Shown: positions 54,247 to 64,000 of the stretch, in pieces
Position numbering within the stretch: position 1 is the stretch's first letter
Layout: every line of letters starts with the position of its first letter
Source: Octopus sinensis
Lineage: Eukaryota
Length of the DNA: 64,000 nucleotides
Direction: 5' to 3'
Assembly (NCBI RefSeq): GCF_006345805.1
Contig: NC_043007.1
Span: 2,418,001-2,482,000, forward strand
The notes under the pieces: generated by a model
What the model was told of the DNA's origin: nothing
Databases searched by the model: none
Seen by the model: only the letters and a program-made list of their open reading frames with translations
Position numbers and translations under genes: made by a program

Positions 54247-54868
54247 AGGGTAGAAATTGATATTAATCAATTAAAACCAGTGGCCTAGCATATTTTTAAA
54301 AAATCCGAAGACTAAAATTTTTTTTACATACAAAATTTAGAGGACTGATCACTAAAAGTGGACAGCCTGTATGCTAGATATAGACGTCAATTCGCCATTT
54401 TCCACGAAGTAACTTCCGATCTCAGCGCGCCAAAGTGATGACATTTGAAAGATATACATAAATATAATTTGTAGAACTTTATATATACTGGATTTCGGTT
54501 GAGCGTCCTGTATCTAGTTCTGGAAATTGTGTTTTGTAAACGACAGACTATGCTGATGATCTTGCAGATGTTTACGTGTTCAAATACGTAAGTATTAACA
54601 AGTGAAACTAATTAGTACATAATTAGTACTTCGTATATTTTCATTTGTCTTGCTTATTTTTACACCTTGATTTTTTGCTGAGTTTTTTTTTTCTTGAGAA
54701 CACATTCTTCGTGGAAAATGGCGACTTGACGTCTATATTTAGCATGCAGGCTGTCCACTTTTAGTGATCAGTTCTCTAAATTTTGTATGTAAAAAAAATT
54801 TAATCTTCGGATTTTTAAAAAATATCCTAGGCTACTGGTTTTAATTGATTAATATCAATTTCTACCCT
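54247..54868. mobile_element. MITE copy 2 (622 bp), inverted relative to copy 1
   Basis: Same TIRs, and the interior is the reverse complement of copy 1. Flanked by TA on both sides. Confidence 0.9.
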
Positions 54869-54879
54869 TACTTAATCTC

Positions 54880-54946
<67 letters not shown>

Positions 54947-55327
54947 TATATATATATGTGTGTGTGTGTATATGTATATATATATACACACACATATGTA
55001 TATATATATGTATGTATATATATATGTATAAACTGCATGCCAGTGCAGTCGTTTTGCTAAGAAATATACTTATTTTGTTTGTTCCGGTTTCATTTTACTG
55101 GCGAAAAAGAAGCAAGCTAGAAATATAAATGAAGTTCATACTAATAGGCTCCATATTTTTCTCCTGTGCCCAAAATGCTGTCATCATCTTTGTGAGAGAA
55201 TATATTAAACAAAACATTCCACTACTTCTCTTCACGAGATAACAAAGCCTCAAGACGGCTGTCCTCCCTGTTTGTTAATTTCACAATTCTTGCTGAGATG
55301 TTACTGAATTGCTATGGGAGATGTTAC

Positions 55328-55367
55328 CTAATGACATTAGGCGTTTGTATTGTGTCGGAATAATAAC
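55328..55367 (-). CDS. Candidate 40-nt internal coding exon (phase 0 to 1)
   Basis: tttgctgtttgccaaacAG|GTTATT...TCATTAG|GTaaca encodes VIIPTQYKRLMSL(G) and joins in frame to 48901. Confidence 0.35.
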
Positions 55368-57299
55368 CTGTTTGGCAAACAGCAAATATTATTCGAACAG
55401 TCATCAGTTTTCCATTTTCTAACCGAACAGATTAACGGCAGCACGTTTGTAATAGCGTCCAATTGCATTCGAGTCACCTCTGAACTCTTGGGTGCTTAAC
55501 TGCAGAGGAAGAAATACGTACTGTATGTCGGTTACAATTTGTGCAATACATATTAGAGGCACAAAGGATTTAGATGTATGTGTGCATATGTGTATATGTA
55601 TATATGCATGAGTGTGTACTATTCTCATCCTCTTTCCCTCTTTGTGCATAGATAAATACATATGAATATATAAATGTGTATGTGTGTGTGTGTGTGTGTG
55701 TGTGTATGCGTCTGTGTGTGTGCATGTGTATGTATACTAGTGAACTAGTATGTATAGTCACTGCGTCTACTCTTGTACTAATAGTGTAACACATTAAGAT
55801 TAATCAATGTTAAGCATAAGAATATTTCCTTATTTCGACCTTTCCATGTATAAATAAACATAATGTTTACATGACGTTCCCTTTCGAAAGTAATATTACA
55901 TCCCACACCTGAAAATTCTAACATGCGATATTTAAGAACTTTCAGTCTGCAAAACACTTATTTTCTAGCTTGAAGCAATTTTTCTTTTATTAAAACGCTT
56001 TCCGTCCCTCTTAAGATTTTATTTCGCGATCTTGAATATTATTGAAGAGATAAACGAACAACTTTGGTGAATATTTAATGAACAGTTATTGTAATTTATC
56101 GCAAATGTAAAAAATAAAATAAGCGTCTCTTTGTAATTCTAACTAGAAAATTAATGAATGCTTAATAAAATATATTTAAAAAATGTGTAATCTACACAGC
56201 CTTTCGTTTATTTTAACATACAGTATATTCAGATTTCGCCTTGCAGCCATAATAGATACTTGACAATACTGAAATTAAATTCATTGGAAATCAATTTGCG
56301 AAACTTCTTACCGTCTCCACAGGTTATCGTACGAAGTCAGCCATTGCCACTGATGGTTTGCCGTATTTCGTTAATTGTGTATCACTTGGCATTCTGTCTT
56401 CATTTCACTCATTGATGTGTTTCTATTCCTGTTTATCTTTGTGTTCTCTAGACGGATAAATATTACTCCTAATTTTAATTGCTTTCTTTGCCATTCCAAT
56501 TTGTGAAGAAAATTGGACCGAAGTATTGAACCAGGACACTAAATAAAAGCGAACACATTTCCCTTTAGAACGACAAGTGTTTCAATATTGAATACAATGC
56601 CAGCTGTTTCATTCCCTAAGGATTGTATATAGTTTTATAGCATAATAAGCAAAATCGCTATTATCATCAACTTTTAAAGTAACCAGTGCATTATTCTGAA
56701 TGCTTCTTGTTCAATGGAAGTGAAATTAAAAATGTGACATCCAACCACATAATGTAGCTGAAATTTAAAATGCGTTGGCTCATATTTGCTTTTATTCGAA
56801 TGCTATATATCTTGCAGATATGTTCCATTTGAAGAATACATCCGTTTATATTTGCTCAGATTTCTTATTTAAATTAAAGGTCGTCAGCATGACGCAGAGA
56901 AATAAAATTTGAATAAAAGTTCAACTTTTTCATTACTAGAAATATTTTATGTTTGGTAAAATAACATCAAATATGGGGTAGAATAATCTATATGCTTTCG
57001 ACATTGCAGAATGTTTGATCGGGTTTTTATTTATAGCATTATGAAACGTTTAAAGATAAAAGGGTGATAGTGAAGAATCTTCGAACTCTCTGTCAATCTT
57101 TTCTTTGTAATACACGTAAGAATTCTGTCGCCGGAAGAGGATTCCTTTTGATACCGCAATGTACTGAAGATGAAATCAATGGTTTATGCCAAAATTGGTT
57201 CGTGAAATTAAGCCTAATAAATTTGCAGTAAAATGTCGTAAACAACTGTCGTTTATATCAATGGTTGGTGGCCAGTAAACGACAGATCAGTTGGATCGG

Positions 57300-57660
57300 A
57301 TTCATTCCCATATTGCAACATGCTCAGCAACTAAACACCTGCCTATCACTTTTATATAGAGGCCCCTACAAGATTTTATTAGCCAAATTTGCATAAATAA
57401 CGCATTGTTGACAACTGTTTCGACTGATAATTTGCAAAGCCGTTAGCGATGTTTTAGTTTTATGAGACAAACTACTGTAGAATAAATATCACATTTCCCA
57501 CATTATTGCTTTTGTAATCCAAATAAATTGAATACACAGTACCTTTATAATCAACTATCTCTGCAGGAATGGACGGTACTAATATATAAATGGATCTGAA
57601 ACAGGTTGTATGAGACGAAACACAACGAAATTCAGTCCTTGAGTGCTTTTTCTCGCTTTG
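57300..57660 (-). mobile_element. Old CR1/L2-like RT remnant
   Basis: EFRCVSSHTTCF...VDYKGTVYSIYLDYKS resembles GFR.GRSC.T.L...D....VD.IYLDF.KA. Confidence 0.4.
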
Positions 57661-58079
57661 TGCAATTACACTAAAAGTCAATTACACCTAAAAGTTTCTT
57701 CGAATTGCCGGTTAATACACATCACAATTTTGTATCAATAGTTAAAGTACAGTTGCATTTTATATTTAGTTCACTTTTGTCATTTTATTTTAGAATGGAT
57801 AGAAGGTGACTTCAGAAGATTGCGACAAACTGCTCGTAATCAACTAGTACAACGAAGTTTGTAAGCATATTGGATAAGTTTGCATCTAGCTTTATTTATG
57901 ACATTATGTGGCCATATTCCAATCATTGGTATAAAAGTGAATCTTGTCGGAAGAATCAGATAACTGACGGCAGCTGAACAATATTCATTATTTTGAAACA
58001 AGGACGAGAAATATAAACACTTTGAAACAAAGGAGTTACTCGACATGAGAGCATGTGTAAATTATATATGTGAGTGTGT

Positions 58080-58129
<50 letters not shown>

Positions 58130-58144
58130 TATATATATTTACGC

Positions 58145-58178
<34 letters not shown>

Positions 58179-58179
58179 A

Positions 58180-58510
58180 GGCGCAATGGCCCAGTGGTTA
58201 GTTCAGCGGACTCACGGTCGGAGGATCGCGGTGTCGATTCCCAGACCGGGCGTTGTGTGTGTTTGTTGAGCGAAAACACCTAAAACAGCTCCACGAGGCT
58301 CCGGCAGGGGGTGGTGGCAACCCCTGTTGTACTCTTTCGCCCCAAGTTTCTCTCACTCTTTCTTCCTGTTTCTTGAGTAACGCTGTAATGGACTGGCGGC
58401 GTCCCGTCAAGCTGGAGGGGGGGGACACATACGCCGCAGAAACCGGGAAACCGAGCCCATGAGCCTGATTAGGCTTGAAAAGGGCGCATGAATAAATAAA
58501 TAAATAAATA
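58180..58510 (+). mobile_element. SINE family C, full length, tail type X, (TAAA)n end
   Basis: tRNA-like head ggcgcaatggcccagtggttag...gtcgattccc. Tail gctgtaatggactggcggcgtcccgtc...aaaccgggaaaccg. Confidence 0.88.
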
Positions 58511-58591
58511 TATATATATATAATTAATTAATAAGGGTGAGAGAATTAGATACTAATTTAATAGTATATCTATTCAACACCAAGTTATTTT

Positions 58592-58624
<33 letters not shown>

Positions 58625-58626
<2 letters not shown>

Positions 58627-58827
58627 TGTTTTACTTGTTTCAGTCATTTGACTGCGGCCATGCTGGAGCACCGCCTTTAGTCGAGCATTTCGACCCCGGG
58701 ACTTATTCTTTGTAAGCCCAGTACTTATTCTACCTGTCTCTTTTGCCGAACCGCTAAGCGACGGGGACGTAAACACACCAGCATCGGTTGTCAAGCAATG
58801 CTAGGGGGGACAAACACAGACACACAA

Positions 58828-58878
<51 letters not shown>

Positions 58879-59052
58879 ATATACATATATACGACGGGCT
58901 TCTTTCAGTTTCCGTCTACCAAATCCACTCACAAGACATTGGTCGGCCCGGGGCTATAGCAGAAGACACTTGCCCAAGATACCACGCAGTGGGACTGAAC
59001 CTGGAACCATGTGGTAGGTAAGCAAGCTACTTACCACACAGCCACTCCTGCG

Positions 59053-59054
<2 letters not shown>
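58625..59054 (-). mobile_element. SINE family B, full length
   Basis: Close match to the family; flanked by (TA)n on both sides. Confidence 0.92.
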
Positions 59055-59093
<39 letters not shown>

Positions 59094-59334
59094 AAGGGGA
59101 GATTGACAAAGAGACGCAGGGACAGACAGAGAGAAATTAAATAAATTTAAATATTACAGTATTTCATGTAGCTGAATCATTGTAAACACATTTCCATTCC
59201 GTTTAACTTTCAGTGAAGCTTCTTAGTGATTCCATTTATTTCAGTTCAAATTTACGCTGTCTTCTTTATAAATCCATAAATGTGCATGTTTCTATTATGT
59301 ATATTGTCCGTGTGTGTACATGTGCATAAGTGTT

Positions 59335-59382
<48 letters not shown>

Positions 59383-59843
59383 TATATAAATATATAAGCG
59401 TGCGTGTATGAATCCATGCAAATTCCACATGATTTGCATTGCGTGCAGATATGTTCGTGATTAAAATACAATGGCGTGTTCACAGTTTGACAAATTGTCA
59501 TGTCCTTCATTTTTCTGTTAACGCTGCCATTCCTGCTGCTTTTGATACATTTAAATACATGTAAATACATAGTTTTTCCCAATATTCTATACATAAACCT
59601 GTTCTCTTCTCACTGTCTATATTTCATAATATCATAAGAAGGTTTTTATTTCCTCTAGACTGGAGGCACCGGCAGAACCATCGCATTTCCATGCCCTCCG
59701 AGGCAAGCAAGATCGATATTTTTAAGATTCTAGTGAGGCTGATTCAACCCGATGACTGCAGAAGAGAATTGAAGGGCGCCGGACAGGTGGGGTTGGATAA
59801 AACCTATTTAACCCATTCGTTCCCAATTATTTTATTTATTTTA

Positions 59844-60016
59844 GACGTAGGAGTGGCTGTGTGGTAAGTAGCTTGCTTACCAACCACATGGTTCTGGATT
59901 CAGTCCCATTGCGTGGCACATTGCGGAAGAGGCTTCTGCTTTAGCCTCGGGCCGACCAAAGCCTTGTTAATGGCTTTGGTAGACGGAAACTGAAAGAAGC
60001 CCGTCGTATATATATT

Positions 60017-60075
<59 letters not shown>

Positions 60076-60278
60076 TTGTGTGTCTGTGTTTGTCCCCCCA
60101 ACATCGCTTGACAACCGATGCTGGTGCGTTTAGGTCCCTGTAACTTAGCGGTTCGGCAAAAGAAAAAGAAAGAATAAGTACCAAGCTTACAAAGAATAAA
60201 TCCTGGGGTCGATTTGCTCGACTAAAGGCGGTGCTCCAGCACGGTCACAGTCAAAATGACTGAAACAAGTAAAAGAGT
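59844..60278 (+). mobile_element. SINE family B, full length
   Basis: Match to the family. Confidence 0.9.
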
Positions 60279-60833
60279 ACCAAATAACGTTTTTATACAA
60301 CTTTAGTTAATACTAAATATACATAAAAAATTATTCCAATATTTAAAAATAGACTCCAGTGTTGATAACTAACTAAAGTTATCTCAGAAAAATACAAGTG
60401 TTGCAGAAATGTGATGGATTATCCTTCTGGTCCTAAAAAAGGGACCATGGCCGCTAATGCGTTAATTGAAAGGATAAGAAAATAATCATATGTAGGTATG
60501 GTTTATGAAATTTATCACCTGCAAATATGCAGAAGGTTTTTACCTGAAGAAATATTATTTTGTGAAAGCACGGACTTGCATAATGTCAGATGTTAACTTA
60601 CGCAGTTGTGCTCGTATTCTAAATAAATGTGGCAGATAAATGTATGAAGTAATAAACTGAAATATCGATTCATTTTATTATTATTTACTAGAAATTTCAT
60701 TTCCTGAAATACACAAACTATTTCTGTGGAATATACTAATTCAACATTATTCGCTGAATGGAGAAATTACCTGGAACGATTCGGAGTAAGATTACGTGGA
60801 AATACTTTCTCTACATGGCGTGTATTTTACTGT

Positions 60834-61050
<217 letters not shown>

Positions 61051-61393
61051 TCTGTCTGCAAATCAATCCATAAATCTATCTGACTGTCTATATATGTGAC
61101 TACTTACCTGTCTACTTACATATATCGTAATATCCTACATGTGTGTGTGTGCGTGCGGGCGTGTGCATGTGTATTACATCTGAATTTTTTTGCTTATTTA
61201 ATTATTCATACACACATTCACAATATACTCATATATTTACTCATTTAGTACCTCAAACCAAAGAATATTAAAAAAAACACTCATTTTCCCAAAGGAGATA
61301 AATTCCGTGATATCTAAATTACATAGTTTTTTACTACCTACACTTTCAGCAAATTAAACAACGACAAAATATCAAAATCATTATTTATATATC

Positions 61394-61908
<515 letters not shown>

Positions 61909-63184
61909 GCTGCCCGATGATATGTATATGATTTTATTTTAGAATCTCAAATTATCAAATTTTCATTTGTTTTTAGTCTCTAGAGAAAATATTTATAACA
62001 TAACATACGAATCAGTAGACGTGTTTGAAAGGGATGTTGAAAGAGCTTAAACAAAACCATAACGAGTTCTCAATAGACATCAATAAAAACCATATTCTTT
62101 AATTTACGCCATGTTATAATTTTATTTATAATGCACAAAGTAATATAGTGAAAATTAGTGATACATAACAAACGTGGATGTTCAATCAATATTGATGAAA
62201 GAGATATATTCATGTTTGTTTGTTTTTTTGCACACAAGCCATAAACGCAGTGTGTTCGGACTGTCTGCTGTCATGTAGGGTGTCTAACAAATATTTGAAT
62301 ATTATAACCATTCCTATTTGTGGTATCTCATCTTTTGTATTCTGTTTGTTTCAATCACTAGAGTATGGCCATACTGGGACACTGCATGGAAAGGATTCGG
62401 TCGAACTAGTCGACCCTCGGTACATATTCGTAGAAGCCTGATACATCTTCAATCGAACTCTTTTTTCTAGGTCGTAAACAAACCAATAGCGGTTGCCGGG
62501 TGGTTGTGGGAACAACTTTAAGCACAAAGACACACGCATAAATATGCACATACATATGAATGAAAGTGAACCAGGAAATATATTGTTGGGAAGCAAACTT
62601 CTTACTGAACCGCTACGCCTGCGCCCATGTATGAAACGGGATATGCAACACCGTCTCCCGTATGTGTAATAAGGTAAGAAGGGTTTTCACAATAGGTTTG
62701 AAGGTAACCTAAAATGGAACTTATGCGAACTTGCATAGAGTTATGATTGCTTGTAACATCTAGAAAAGTACATGTCTACCTAGACTTCGATGTATGGACA
62801 GTTGAATCGATTCTGACATGTACGTCTTAACTTATCCCAACATTATACAGACATGGAAGGTCATGTCACTCTAAGTGCGATTTGAAATTGAAGCCTACCC
62901 CTAATCATGAATTACGACCAAGCATTTAATGTAGGACTCTAGGGTTTCCATCTTCAATATTGCCGAGCAATATACAGCATAATTTGTTCTAATTTAGTTA
63001 ACATTGCGGCAATCTTGAGCACTAGGAATCACTCGATTACATGGACGCACTGATTTATTTCATGGACTGGCCGGATTTAAAGTCAGAATATAAAGAGTTG
63101 GAATATGAATATACAAATTTATAAGAGTAGACGTATAGTAGCGAAATATCTAATTAAAACTAGTATTATTAAGGGGTAGGGGTT

Positions 63185-63300
63185 AATTCTGCGATGAAGT
63201 GGCTCCCCGTTCAGGTAATACCACAGCAAACCCGGCTGCTTATAAACCATAAGAACTGGGATAATCTCTGGTTTAATGAGCTAATGGCTCGTAAAGCATA
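63185..63300 (+). mobile_element. Old remnant of a type-X-like SINE tail
   Basis: ctgcgatgaagtggctccccgttcagg...aagaactgggataatctctgg...ggctcgta resembles the tail at 58380-58480. Confidence 0.4.
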
Positions 63301-64000
63301 GGAAATTAAGATTAATTAAAACTAGCTTTTTTTAGAAAGAAGTCGAGAAATACAGAAAGAACTAATGTAATATCGAATCGCAGTTGGAAATCAAGGTATA
63401 TTGAACAATAAATTCATTTATTCATTTTATTCAGGAACATGGAGATAGCTTTAGAGCCATGCAAACTTCGATATCTTTGGAGCCAGAAAATAGATTTTAA
63501 ACCTTTGTTACGGTTAAAATATTTTTTTTCACTCATACGACAACTTTATTCATCCAGTTTATGAAGGGATTTGAGGCTATGAAGCTCCGAATCGTCTTCC
63601 ACTGAACACACACAGAGATAGAGTCTATCCACAAAATGAATATTTGTTTTCAAAATGGTGTAACGCATGACTAATGGAGGGATAAACGATTATCTATTTA
63701 GATATTGCAAAGTTTATATGAATATACAACACAAACTGTTTTCAGTTTCAAGTCGTGTTTTCTAAGGCAAATATATAAATTCAAGTATAAAGAATCGAAT
63801 GAAAACTCTATTAATCTAAACTTTATTAAAAATAACATGCAGATATCGTATTAACTCCAAAGTTGACAAAAACAAATTATGTCACACGGCTGGAAGTGAA
63901 TACGGCAATGGGGCCCAAGCAAATAACACTACAGCGCAACCTTCATTGATCAAACCTTCATGTGAACAGTATTTTATGGATATAATGCACACATAAAACA

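Noticed and set aside
56323-56459. Plus-strand exon after a strong acceptor (ctccacAG|G)
   Set aside because: The frame closes after 45 codons with no recognisable motif and no partner exon.
59807-59830. piggyBac terminus TTAA|CCCATTCG
   Set aside because: I found no matching opposite end and no transposase remnant.

Overview
AT-rich, microsatellite-saturated eukaryotic DNA. The SINE families and repeat content point to an octopus/coleoid cephalopod genome (inference from recalled repeat families, not a search). Most of the window is intronic or intergenic and made of decayed transposable elements. These are three tRNA-type SINE families (labelled A, B, C here), CR1-like and R4/Dong-like (RLE) LINE remnants, three Penelope-like element (PLE) remnants, hammerhead-ribozyme motifs, mariner (DD34D), maT (DD37D), Tc1 and an intron-containing Chapaev3-like transposase pseudogene. 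There is also a Helitron 3' end, an inverted pair of long-TIR MITEs and a full-length U2 snRNA pseudogene. Two phase-compatible minus-strand exons (55328-55367, 48741-48901) may be the 3' end of an unidentified host gene. Almost all entries in the supplied ORF track are microsatellite artefacts. I see no intact transposase or RT ORF, no prokaryotic operon and no CRISPR array. The most unusual signals are: (i) four SINE-A dimers with one fixed internal junction but different subfamily pairings, three of them under a single target-site duplication (TSD); (ii) a short element with a B-box, a (TAA)n tract and an intact minimal hammerhead; (iii) RLE LINEs sitting in distinct microsatellites; (iv) a 1.7-kb composite MITE palindrome. 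I cannot establish novelty without database searches.
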